A stretch of DNA of 62,140 nucleotides, filler included, from Hausera hauseri (Eukaryota): NCBI GenBank assembly GCA_046269625.1. It is 12 parts of 12 records of this genome, joined end to end, with 100 filler letters (N's around TTAATTAATTAA, not from the genome) between each part and the next. Parts side by side here need not be neighbours in the genome. Positions count along the whole stretch, not along the records: positions 50,043 to 55,496 come from JBJURY010251514.1; positions 55,597 to 62,140 come from JBJURY010088764.1; 10 more parts are not named here. One strand, given 5' to 3'. The position numbers were made by a program, and so were the translations under genes. Every line of letters begins with the position of its first letter. Within the stretch, counting starts at the first letter, position 1. This document shows positions 50,043 through 62,140 of this stretch, one piece after another. The notes beneath the pieces are model-generated. The model ran no database searches and was not told the origin of the DNA. It saw only the letters and a program-made list of their open reading frames with translations.

Positions 50043-53000
50043 GCAAAGATTGACAGACAATTGTTGAAACGAATTGTAGATGATACCTTGAACAATAAAC
50101 AACTTGATACCGTGTTCACAATACTACAAGACGATAAATTAACCCAGAATACGAAACGGGGAATTTTCAAAGTCATCGACAGTGTAGATTCAAAAGTCAA
50201 ATCACTATTTTTGGATTTAATGGACAAAGCGTTTCCAGACTACAAAGACAAAGGTTACGATGGGAAACTTTTTGATAAGAAGACTCCAGATAATAATAAT
50301 ATTATTGCTAAGTTGTTAGCAGATAGATTGTTGTCTGTAGAGGAAAAGGAACGAGTTCTGAGCGAAATGGAAAGTCGAAAACTGAATATTATCGACAGAA
50401 GTATTATAGACAAGATTTTAACAGACCACTTGATGGATGCTAACGTGAAAACTGTTGTTGAACGACTGAAAAGCCGCGATAGATTCGATTCCAGAACGAA
50501 AGTCGACATATTCAAATTATTAGATATGTCTTTGGATCTGGATGAAAAGAAGAATAAAATATCTCTACTCCTTCAAAGTCGCAACGTTGATGATGGAAGT
50601 AAAGATATCATCACGAATTTTTTGATCGATGAATCAAACCGAGCTATTGGCATGGACATAATAGAAAAGAAATTGGAAGACCAGAATTTTGATCGAGAAA
50701 GTGCAGCTGCCATTGTAAAGATTTTGGCAGATGAAGAACTCAACTCATCGGATAAGATAACAGTTATTGAGGTTCTTGGCAGTAATAAGTTGTCGTTAGA
50801 AAACATCAAGGTTATCTCGGATATTGTTAGCTATAACATGCTTAATATAAGTGCCAAGCAAATGGTTCCTAAAATTATTGAACCTACCCTCTTTGAAAAT
50901 GTTGTGGAAGAACAAACAGTCAGGACGTTGGAATTTCTTTTACAAGATATATCATACATAAAGGCTGCTATTGAAGTTATAAAATATACAAGACTAACAC
51001 CGGATCAGCAAATTATGATCGATAAATTAGTGGACGATGAAATGTTGAAGTTGTTTGGCAAAGATATCGTAATAAAAATATTTGAGAAAATGGACATTGA
51101 GGATAAAGCAGAAATTACACATTCATTGCAACAAGATGACGTCCCAAGAATGGCGAGTATTCGAGCACTTTTGGAGAAGATTTCATCCCACAGTTCAATG
51201 TTCGACTATGCGAAATTGATCACAAACATTATTGATAATGACGAATTGGAAAAGATTGGCGAAGAAATCGTCAGGCGAGTTTTAGGGAGTCAGCAATTCG
51301 ACGACGATGGTAAAGAGGTTATTATGAAAGTACTGGAAAACAAGCAGCTGGATTCGTCTGATATCATTTCTGCGGTGCGATTAATTGAAGGTCAGAAATT
51401 CAATGTGGGTGACGTTAAAGATCTCCTAAGTCGACGATTCAGTCTGTTAAGTGATAGCATAAGAGCGGTCAGCGGCTCCCTTACGGATCTGATAACAATC
51501 AAGGATTATGACATTGCAACAGCCGAAAAGGCTGTACACGCTTTGAAGAAAAAATCCCCAACAGCTCAAGATAAAGACGTTGTGTTAGAGGCCGTCGAAA
51601 AGTGTGTGTTGGATGCCACGGATAAAAAAGTTGTTAGTGATTTTGTGAAAACGAATGATCTTAGTCTAATGGGTAAGGAAATAATTGAACAAGTCTTCCA
51701 AGCAGTTGACACAGTATTTAAAAATACGAACCTAGTTCCAAAAATTCTTAATGACGAAAAGTTGGATTCGAACGATCAGGAGAAACTCTATAGTATAATG
51801 ATGGACAAGATTATTGGAGATGGTAGTCAACAGATCACGTCTAAATTGGAAGAATGTGTGATGATTGACGGCAATGGCCGGGAAATTATATCGAGAATTT
51901 GTGAGATCCAAAATATGGATGCCGACAATAAGAAGACGATTTCAGATATTCTACGAAAAGAAAATATCGATAGTCAAGATAAAGAATCTATTTTGCGAAG
52001 AGTTGAAGAATCTAACATGGAGTCGACAAGCAAAAACGCGATCTCCCACATTGTAAAGACTAGCTTGCTTGATGTGGAAAGTAAAGATCTCATGATGAGA
52101 ATGGTTGGTAGTGACAATTTAAAGCAACTCGATACGGATATGATTTTATCTCTATTTGGTATGGAGCTGGAGGATTCCGAGAGTAAATATGCTGCAATGG
52201 AGATGTTGAATGGCCAGAAAACGTATCGAGCAAATAGTTTACTCATATCGGAAATATTCAAAAATGATGGACTAAACTTAACTGGTCAAGAGATCATGAT
52301 GAAAATCGTGGAGAACGAAAATAGAAGAAGTTTATATGAGATTCTGAAAAAGCGAGAACTGAATAAGAAAGATAGAGATTCCGTACTACGAATGGGCGAA
52401 ACCGATTTTGTCGAGCTCAAAGTCCAAAAGGTCCTCAATTTGCTAATAAAAGAAGACATGACTGAAGCAATTGGTAAACAGATACTGGCAATTTTAGCGA
52501 AAAATTTCATTATGGCGAATATAACGAGATAGTTTTAACAAAGATTTTAAATGAAGATGTGCTGAATCCCGATGATAAGAAGCTAGTTCTATCCAATGAT
52601 TCAGAGAATGTAACCAAACTCATTTGTTTGGTACTAGAAAATCAGGGATTAAACAAAACTCTGAAGGAGATAACATCGGATGTTATACAGAATCAAAAGC
52701 CGTATCAAAAATATTCGGAAAAGTTTCTGGATCTCATTGAAAGCTCAGCGAAAGTGATAAAAGACAAACCATTGTTAGTGGATAGAGGAAGTATGCTGCA
52801 CGTATCGAAAACGTTAGATAAATCCCAACTAGGCAAAGAAGAACGACTATCCATGTTGGAGGCAATCGATAAAGAACGAATAAGTGTTACTCAAAAAAGC
52901 CTAATGAACAAATTGCTACATGACGAATTGGTCAACTTAACAGGTAAAGAAGTTGTTCTGAAAGTGTTGGATGAACAGCATTTTCAATCCGGCGAAAGGC

Positions 53001-55496
53001 AAATTGTGTCGAAGATACTGGACAATCAAAAACTTTATATGCAAGAAAAAGGATTGGTTTTAGATGTGATTAAAAGTCAAAAACTCGATTTCGGAAATCA
53101 ACGAACCGCTTTGGAGATTCTGTTAAATCAGTTCCTTAACGTGACGGGACGAGAGATCATTATGAATATTCTGAATAGTGAAGCAGTTCCCCCAGAGATT
53201 CTGCTTAAAATTCGTTCCATCCTCCAACGAAAGACTATTGGGTTTTCCGACAAAGAATTTATTTTAAGTACTGGCGAGGCGCACGTAAAAAATTTGGAAG
53301 TTCGGCGTGCATTGATAAGTATTATTAAAAACAATATGTTTGACATGCTGGGCAAAGATATTGTGTTGGAATTGATGAAGATCCAGAAGATGAAAAAGGG
53401 TAATATTAAAATAATGAACAAAATATTGAACAATGAAAAATTAAGCACGAATGATATGTGAGATTTTTAAAATATTCAAAGGTATCGATGAAGATGTTCT
53501 GGATATCGATGTCATTCGGAGCATTGTTCATATGGAAACCATTAGTAGGAAAGGCACTGAGATAGTTTCAAAGCTGTTAATGAATTCGAGACTCAATCCA
53601 AGGGATAGAGCAATGCTTTTAGAAGCATTAGGCTGCGAAATAGTGAGCACGAAAGATAAAGAATTGATCTTAGAAATTATTGAAGGGCAAGAAATTAGTG
53701 AAGCGGAGAAGAAACTCATATCGGAAATATTACTCAGTGACAATTTCTATTTAAGGTATAAAGGTCTGAGCACCGAAATATTGCATGACTGAAAAATCAA
53801 TTTGCATGATATGGAGTTAATTGGGAAAATTTTGGATAGTCAATTCTTGGATCCACTGGATCGTGACGCAATAATGAGGATAATACAAAGTAAATTAATG
53901 GAAGCCGTGGATATACGAAAAACAAAAGAAAAACCTTGGTGGGGTGATTAAGGAATCTGATGTACGTACCAAATTTGTTAATGAAAAGAAAGAGACTCGA
54001 TTTGGTAGAAAAGCAAGTTTTATCGAAAATTTGTAAAAGTAATTTGCTGAATGCCGAAGATCGAAGATTTATTGAGAAATTAACCGAAAACCAAGTTATT
54101 GATTGGGGCAAACTAAAAATTTCCGAGATACGAAGCGTGTTTAAGGTTGGACCAAAAAATATTGAAAAACTATCAAGGATTATCGAAACGCAACCGCGTG
54201 ATTCGGCTGTTGGATCAATTTTACCGAAATTGTTAACAGAACAAACGATTGATGAAAGTGGTAAAAACATATTTACTCAATTTATCCAAGTAAAGTTGAG
54301 TTCTTGGTAAGCTGAACATATGGTGTCGGAACCCATTACTCCACAGAGAATTTCAAGTGTTAAAACTTGAGACGGGGAACCGGTTTTTCAGTGTGCTGAA
54401 CAGATGTTTCCCACAACCAAAACGACGCAAAATACTCTTAAAAAGCAAATAACCGACAATCTCGAGTCGTTACTGTCGACAATTGAAGACAATGTAGACA
54501 TGATTGCACAAGACAGCGAAGATTTATTTTATCAAATTGTGGATGTGTCGAAAATGCTTTGAATGGTATCAGTGAAAGACGAAAAATTGGAGAGTGCTGC
54601 GGATCAATTCGTTAGAAGAGCTTATGACCAATTGGGACCGAAAATTGAGGCACAAATCCCATAATTGACAAATGTTTACGATAAGGCAGAAACATCGAAA
54701 ATATTGTCGATTATGAAGGTTCTAAATATGTATGCTGTAGAGACTGAAGCATATCATGGGTCAGCGGAATTAGTTAATTTGGACCTCATACGACAGAGAG
54801 ATGAAGTAATTCGTGATTCGGATAAGGTCCTTAGACTTAGCCAGGATGTGTATTTAATAACACAATTACCAACTGTTGATAATCGCTATCTTATGGAAAT
54901 AGTATCCACTGGTGCCTTTTCAGAACTCATTCGTGATTTCCAAAGTCTATCTTCAGCATCATCGGTACAATTTGAAGTCAAACCGTTACTTAGACGATCT
55001 GGCATTAATTTAATACTGTTAAATGCCATTGGAGTATTCGGTTTGGAAGATTTTGAGGAGGAAATTTTGCCGTATAAGAAGGAATATCCTGATGATGTGA
55101 AATTTTCAACAGGTGCAAAAATCGTTGATAAAATGATAGGCACCCCAAAAGGACTAAACAAGTCAAAGTATGATATCAAATTGAAGCCGAAACTGCACCT
55201 ACCGCGAGATGTTGTGACTCTGAAACCATTGTCAAAAGAAAAAGGAATTATGATGATTGAGAAAAATAAAAAAGCTAATGAGTATAGAAATTCAGTTCAA
55301 ACAATTGCCAACTAAAGAAAATGCCAAAATATCAGGTATTGTAAACAACTTCGAGTGGAAATTGAAAATGATTTAACTCAAATCAGATCTATTGTTGAAT
55401 CCGAAAAGTTGACATTGGAACAGGAAAGATTTCGTAAAATTTAGACAGACGTAGAATTGCAACGTCGAAAAGCTGAAGAAGCTGAGTTACTAAGGA
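50043..55496 (+). pseudogene. Large intronless alpha-helical repeat protein (17-aa units grouped in 68-aa blocks) with a coiled-coil C-terminus
   Basis: ORFs of 823, 300, 113, 116 and 216 aa separated by stops and frameshifts, with a recurring xxGKE/D-I-I/V-xK-I/V-L motif. Confidence 0.7.
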
Positions 55497-55596
55497 NNNN
55501 NNNNNNNNNNNNNNNNNNNNNNNNNNNNNNNNNNNNNNNNTTAATTAATTAANNNNNNNNNNNNNNNNNNNNNNNNNNNNNNNNNNNNNNNNNNNN

Positions 55597-55755
55597 CCGG
55601 ACTTTTGTATTGAGCAAACCCAATTGCCTAAAACTGGTAATTTGAAACTAGAAATTAGATTTAGCAAAGCTCTCGATGTTCCAATGACTCTAATTGCATA
55701 TGGTTTATTTGATTCAGAAATTCAAATTAGTAAAATAGGATCAATATTCACATAA
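55597..55755 (+). CDS. Polinton major capsid protein, C-terminal end (partial)
   Basis: KTGNLKLEIRFSKALDVPMTLIAYGLFDSEIQI. Confidence 0.8.
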   Translation, partial: PDFCIEQTQLPKTGNLKLEIRFSKALDVPMTLIAYGLFDSEIQISKIGSIFT

Positions 55756-55772
55756 ACATTTCAGCACTGGCC

Positions 55773-56183
55773 ATGACGACAGCAAAATGAAGTAAATTAT
55801 TTTTATGTATTTCTAATATGAATTAATATAGTACATTTCAGATACATTGCGCATTGAATGAAAAGTTGGGAAATTTTTTCAAAGGTGTTTACTCATTGGA
55901 TAGAGTTCCGGACTTATTAAAACCAGGTGCATATGTAGTCAATACTCAAACTAGTAACTTAGGCGGAGAGCATTGGATAGCTATTGATGTTAGATCGAAT
56001 ATTATCAATGTCTTTGATCCATTAGGGATGTACTATCCGCATGCTTTAGTATCGAAACTAGAAAGAATGTCAATACCGGTGGAATATAACAATATTATGT
56101 ATCAGAACCCTCTTACCACACTATGTGGAAATTATTGTATTGCTTGGCTTATTGACCAATATAAAAATGTAATTGGTTTTTAA
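55773..56183 (+). CDS. Adenain-like maturation protease, probably spliced
   Basis: FKGVYSLD, VVNTQ..GGEHWIA, FDPLG and YQNPLTTLCGNYC, so H, D, Q and C are intact. Candidate intron 55792-55841. Confidence 0.85.
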
Positions 56184-56292
56184 TAAATGTTTGTATATTT
56201 ATGAATGTTTTTGTATTTTTGAAGCATCGTACTTTATTATTTCAAATCAAAACTAAGTATTATAAACAATAATTTATTACTAACAATTTCAT

Positions 56293-56809
56293 ATGAAAAT
56301 GTATTTTATTGATTTTGAAGCATTTATCGGTAATGATGAAGAATATGTATTGAAGGAGTTATGCATAATGGATGTGGATAATATGTTCAATCCATTACAT
56401 TATGTTTTTAAGTAGCATTTTATTATTCAAATAATTTTAATAGTAATGTAGAACGTATGAACACTGCTGCAGTTCAAAGACAAAGCGAATAAACAAATAC
56501 TTGACAAAAAACCACCATAAACTATTATGGAATGATGGGAATACTATTTGTTGTAAAGAATGCATAATGAATGATATTCGAAGAATGTGTAAAATCAATG
56601 AAGCGATGTTTTACGTTAAAGATGCTTTAGACGGAAGAAAAATTGATTGTCTACGACAAATGTTTCCTTATTTAAGGATTACGTCTTATCATTGTGATAA
56701 ATTAAAAAAAATTCCTACAAATATTTCATGCCCATATAAGAATCATGGTGATTATTGTGCTTATAAAAAATGCCTTGCCTTATGTCAGAATTATGTTGCT
56801 ATGAAATAA
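56293..56809 (+). pseudogene. DEDD-like (RNase H fold) nuclease, Polinton accessory gene
   Basis: YFIDFEAF..YVLKELCI..HYVFK, then YLTKNHHKLLWNDG, FYVK and CPYKNH..CA; interrupted at about 56413-56500. Confidence 0.6.
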
Positions 56810-57026
56810 ATTGTTTTCTTAAACTAATTGTTATTTTTTTGCTACAAACAACGTATTATTTTATCAAACCGTGTTATAAAATATGGAAGTAATCATAAAA
56901 AGCATAACTTTAAAATTCCATTAAAAACCATTAAAGAAACCATTAATAAATACAAAAAACTTATAAAAAGAACACAAAATATCATAGAATAAACGAAACA
57001 ATTTTTTTAGTAATATTTATTTGAAA

Positions 57027-57330
57027 CTATAATTCTTCGCTGTCTGAATCATAGTTCATCCAAGGGTCTTCTTCCATTTTCCTGAGGTTGGGAATTAGGG
57101 CAACAGATACCATTTTCCCGTCAGCGTTGTAAATTACAACCTTCTCATTCACTGCACCACATTCGCAACACTCGTTTCTGCATATTGGGCAAGATTTTTC
57201 TGCCTTGTCCAATCCACAAAGCAGTTTAAGCAATGGTAGTAGTAATAAAATGGCGGTTCTGCTCCAGCCCCCGAGGGGGAGGGAGTAATCGTTAAATCGA
57301 ATTTGCACATGTGCCGATCGATTCCCCTTT
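57027..57330 (-). pseudogene. Degenerate RING-finger protein
   Basis: Across frameshifts: HCLNCFVDWTRQK/KSCPICRNE. Confidence 0.55.
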
Positions 57331-57889
57331 TTAAATCTTGATAAGAATTTCAGGTAAATTCGTTTCTCAATCTTTAGGTTAGAGGTTTATTATAGTGTGT
57401 GAACCTTTGGATAACTTGAATATGCTTAATAAAATTAAGATATTTTTATTTGGATTTCTCTTAATAAAATGAGTAAAATAAACTATATAGTTTGTCATTG
57501 AGTAAAGTGGAATTGAATATTTTTAATGTCAAATGAAATTTATGTTATTATCTGAATCAAATTTTAGTAATAAATTACTTGAAAATGTTGATTATTTATT
57601 ATAAAATAAGAATGTTTTTCGAAATAAGTTATACTTGTTTGTGATATCAATTGGTTTAATGGAAATTGCCATTCGTTATTATAGTTTTAGTATTTGTAAT
57701 TTATTATTACAAGTGGAACATGGAAGTTAATTGTAGAATATAAATAAAATACATTCTAACGAACCCGACCTGATCGGTCATCTTGATATGCATTTTTCAT
57801 TGGCTGGCTTAAAGAAGAGAGGCTGTCTGTGACCAGTGGCGTAGCAAGGGGACGGACCACCTCAGGAAACACTTGTGAGATGGAAAATT

Positions 57890-58075
57890 GATGCAATGAA
57901 CAAAATTTGCGATGCTGAATTATTTACCAAGAATGAATTTATAAAGAAGCAAAGTGAGGAAATAGCCTCAGGACGCCAGAATAGGGCGGCAAAATGATGC
58001 GTTGAACAAAATTTACGATGCTAGATTATTTATCCAGGACTGGATTTATTAAAAAGCAAAATAAGGAAATAGCAC
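57890..58075. repeat. Imperfect tandem duplication (period about 106 bp) downstream of a hAT-like end CAGTGGCGTAGC
   Basis: GATGC..TGAACAAAATTT.CGATGCT..ATTATTTA..AAGCAAA..AGGAAATAGC starts at 57890 and again at 57996. Confidence 0.7.
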
Positions 58076-58149
58076 CATAGTCGGGCGAAACATTCGGGTG
58101 GGAAACATTCTGGAGTTCGGCGACGTATGCAGGAAATAAATCTAAAGAC

Positions 58150-59050
58150 CATTTTCATCCGGTACAATAATCACAATCGTAATCTAACTGGCATCCATGC
58201 AGCAGGAGCGGAAGTCATTCAATTACTTTCTTCAGAAGTGTAGAACAAATATTTACCTTCTCAGCATCCACACATTTTGGTAGACTTTGTTCCAGTAACT
58301 GTCAAAAGTTGTGGAAACTTTCTGCAGTGCTAGGCATGCTGTTGTGATTGTTATTAGCAGTTGCGTGCGCAGGGGGGATTTTGGGGATAAATCTCCCCGA
58401 AATATGAAAAATACCAAACATATACATGGTGAGAAGTATAATTAAATAATTGTTGGTATTTTAACTATATAGTAATAATATTAACTATGCAGCATAGTAA
58501 ATTATAATCATTCAACAGCTCGATATTGGTTAGAAATTATAATTTGAAAAATATCCACTCCTGAAATATTTTTCTGCGTGCACTACTGGTTAATATGTGC
58601 CACTATTGTTGGAATAGGGTATGGGCGGTTGCTATATATAGGATCCACCAACATATAAAGATCATATCATAGCTTCGTGAGTCCGTTAGTGGTTCGAAAA
58701 TCATGTTGCCTGCGCCTTTAGGGGTTAGCCATTAGTTGGTAAAACTCGGTATGGGCATTTGGTATATGAACCTTTTGTGTTTTATATAACTCCTGTGAAT
58801 TGATTTGGTAAATTCATTAAAAGAATGGGGTTTCAACATTCAGTAACCATGACTAGTTCCCCAGGTTTGAATAAAAAGATTCATAATTTCCGATAATAAT
58901 GTTATTATAACTAAAATTTGCAATGATTGTTCATCAACGAGGCAATGGATATAAAAGTTAATTTTTAACCAATTTACTAGTTGCTCGTTAACCTAATGAT
59001 GTCTGGATTACGTTTTCCATTAAGGGCTTGACAACTTTGTAATAACATTC
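58150..59050 (-). mobile_element. Very degraded LINE (CR1/L2-like) ORF2 3' remnant, interrupted by the MITE
   Basis: Weak fragments YKVVKPLME, RRRQHD and YWNK..KCVDAEKVNI resemble a LINE ORF2 C-terminus. Confidence 0.3.
58358..58588. mobile_element. hAT-type MITE
   Basis: Imperfect TIRs CAGTTGCGTGCGCAG / CTGCGTGCACTACTG (11/15), with 8-bp flanks GTTATTAG / GTTAATAT (6/8) as the TSD. Confidence 0.65.
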
Positions 59051-62000
59051 ATTGAAGGTACTAATTAAGTGATACACAACGTCTGTGGTTAAAATTATAA
59101 AACATCAACTAAATTTTAAACGGGTAACTAGTTTGTATTCACCACGTTTCAAGTGTTCGTTACACCGAATTAATTATCTCCGCTGCTCACTACAAACCGT
59201 TAATAACGATGGGACCACAAATCTAGACAGACAAAATTAGTAAACCCAAAACCTCAAACTCCACGCACGAGTCAACACACACTGTCGATCTCTACACAGC
59301 TAAATTGATTGCTGATCTTATCAACAACCGGTAAGAAACTCCATTACCAATAATTTCATCATTGATAAGGGAAAATATAGTTCACCGTTTTCCATCATTC
59401 CTGTTCTCGTCTGGCAGGCATATACTGTTTACGCCTTTTCATCGGTTAGATTGCTGTCCTGCTAATTTCCGAATACTGGGAACGAGACTCTGCTGATCGT
59501 AGTAATTGGGTTGCGCCGAGTGTAGTATCGTCATTCGCCATCGTTCCGTTGATCTTCAATCAGTGACAAATCATCCCGGTGTATATAATTCATTGTAAGC
59601 GGAATCTCGTTCATGCTGCTACCAACGGATCGATATCGGCAGTTAACAAAAGGGGGCAGATTCAATATCACTATATACATTTTATTGAATACAAAATTAA
59701 ATTTCAAGATCGGATTTAAAGTAATACAAAGTACAATTAGTACAAACTATTACAAAAATATCACCACTCCACCTCAGTCGGTTACCTTGTCAAAGCAGAA
59801 GAGCGAGATCTTTCCACACACATTAATACGAGGTGGGCTTATACAAAACACTCCATGGTTCTTAAGGCGTCGCTGGGCATAAAGAGTGCCAGTTGTAAGT
59901 GCAGCGGGCAGAGCAGGTGGCACCACAATGGTCACAATATCTAGAGCCCGTATAATCAGCTCCTCCCAAGTACTCTAATGACACAGTAAGATACAAGGTT
60001 TAAATGACAATAATAATGAATTATAATGATTCGATAGGGGCATCAAGGATTGCGACGTTGAGTTAGTGCTTGAAACATGTGAGTAGTGTTGATTGCTTGA
60101 TCAGATGGTGATCTTAAAGGTGGATGTGATACCTTGTTATTCTTTCAATGGAGCTATCAAAGACAATTACTGGCAACGCTTAGCGGATTCCGACTACGGC
60201 TCTGAGGAGGAATGATTATGGAAAGGCTGGGTCCTACTCGAATTCTTTACCTGAATTCCATTTAACGAGAAGAAGGAACACATAAATGAATGAGGAAATA
60301 ATAGGACGTTTTGATTGACGATTGAAATGGAGAGCGTTACAGTAAATTTATTGATTTATTTTCGATATAAACCGATTGATTACAATGAGTTCGTGACTAA
60401 TTATTAAAAGTTTTAAAGAAAATTTAGTGAATGAGCCCGCATCATAAGGGACATGCGACACGGGTGAATATTGTTACGACGCGAATACATAGTGAAGAGA
60501 AAAGGATAATTTTGATGTTATACCCCGTGTTTGGAGATTTCGTATCATCCGTGGATGATAGTGTTCATATGATGTTTGTTATGCCTATGATAAGATTAAT
60601 AATAATAAAGATGCATACCGTGTCGAATTCACTTATGATGGAAACATTTCTAGGGCCGACCGAAGTAAAGATAATAGTAATGTAAATGAGGCGTATAAAT
60701 CGGATAAACTCGGGATAGATTGAGTTAACTTTGTAAAGCCTCGGTGGGACGAAATACTATTCTGAACTACATATTGTCATACTTTAATAATTAGAATCAG
60801 GGAGATGTGAATAAAACATTTGAAATCTATATTGGGCTTCCGCTCTCAACCCAAGGTTAGAGACTAACATGATGAACGATTTATGAATTTTATTGATTAA
60901 TTGTGTTAAAAGATGTTATATAGATACAAATAAAATATTGTGATTAAATACAAATGTTTTAGATTGGTAACTATAAAATCGGTTGTTTAGAAATATAGAA
61001 TAGACGTTGATAGTTTGGAATGATGCATTATTCCAGAGACCTTTATTTATAATGTCACCGTTGTTAAATATTATTGTAAATCTATAAATGTATATGATTA
61101 AGATAAGTCCTGTGATCTGCGGGAAATAATCATTATTCTAGATGTGTAGAGCGATGGATGATGACCTAACCAATAAATCCGTATTGAGTGCTAAAAGGAC
61201 CTTCGAAGTATAAGACACTGCATAGAGGGATCGTTACAGGTGCAATATGAGTATAATACCATCACCTCTTCTACTACGACCATACGGAGAATGGTAGATA
61301 TAGATCGATGAATGAAATGAGGAAAAAGAAAGGCATTGTAAATTATATCTGTATCAAAGCCCTAAGGATAATAACATTGTATCACTATGTTAAATACTAA
61401 GGTTCAAATGTTCGAAATATGAAGGATTTAAACAATGGTGAATATTCAGAGAGTAATCGTATTAAAATTCGCTCTTATCGCGGTCCGCAGGAAAATCCTA
61501 AACCTATCTATTGAACTATACATGCAGTGCCATTACATTGTTCCAAGAAAAACAAAGTTTTAGATCATAATTCGACACATAAATACATATCCTTGATTAG
61601 ATTGAAATATATGCCATACGTTGTTCAAAGATTATTATATATATGAAGAATATGGAATTGTAGAATATACAGTACCTGTATATATATACATATCGAGAAC
61701 ATGCATAACCATCAGGACCATATAGCCTCTTATCACGTCTCCAATAACCAAAGGCGCAGGTATTTTATATACCGAACCGCCCTCGAACTTCCCCTTCAGA
61801 TTAGTCAAAAGCATTTATATGTTATTGCAAATTAACAAAGTATCTGAGTAAATAGTTGTCATCACCAATAATGCAGTAACAAAACCATCACCGGAATCAC
61901 CAGATCCATCTCAATCAAACACTCCAGTGACAAAGGGAAATCTAATCGGTGGTTCCAATTCGTCACTCTTCGTAAGTTCAGATTCGCAGTTTTACACGGT

Positions 62001-62140
62001 ATCAATTCAGATATAGCTTCTACTTCCCCGTCCATTCTCGAAAGTTTCTATTATCTCAATTCACAGGGTGCCATTTCCGTCGGGCATCAATACGATCAGA
62101 GCATCAATCAACAAGCAAACAACAACGGTGTCTCATCATA

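Noticed and set aside
59480-59960. Possible 5' LTR and tRNA-Met PBS (minus TGGTAGCAG at about 59623-59615, after AATAAA)
   Set aside because: Only a 9-nt match, not directly after a CA end, and no recognisable gag follows
59990-62140. Possible decayed gene (e.g. GKFEGGSVY on the minus strand resembling a PolB motif)
   Set aside because: One short motif with no supporting DxxSLYP, KxxxNS or DTDS motifs
1-62140. CRISPR arrays, rRNA, tRNA or prokaryotic operons
   Set aside because: None seen; the content is eukaryotic transposon, virus-like and pseudogene sequence

Overview
This is not one locus. It is 12 unplaced eukaryotic contigs, most likely from an animal, joined by identical 100-nt spacers (44 N + TTAATTAATTAA + 44 N), so adjacency across a spacer means nothing. 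Nearly all coding content is degraded by stops, frameshifts and internal deletions. (1) An unusual Ty3/Gypsy lineage appears in three contigs (1-5647, 15911-20011, 25254-30365). A chuvirus-type fusion glycoprotein gene lies upstream of protease-RT-RNaseH-integrase, and a second, unrelated Cys-containing type-I membrane protein plus an accessory ORF lie downstream. (2) A second Gypsy family (7 fragments) has a Gag that starts with a ubiquitin-like domain ending in RLRGG/RLFGG, tandem CHCC zinc fingers, a conserved slippery site plus pseudoknot, and LTRs of about 130 bp. (3) Polinton/Maverick (adintovirus-like) remnants include pPolB, major and minor capsid, adenain, and PC4, DEDD-like and RING cargo genes. 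(4) Apparently intronless, degraded copies of host genes (PEX1, KIAA0825-like, VPS13, TMEM131) are present, along with a short-intron TSP1/VWC gene fragment and a long 17/68-aa helical repeat protein. All protein family calls come from motif recognition by eye; no database searches were run.
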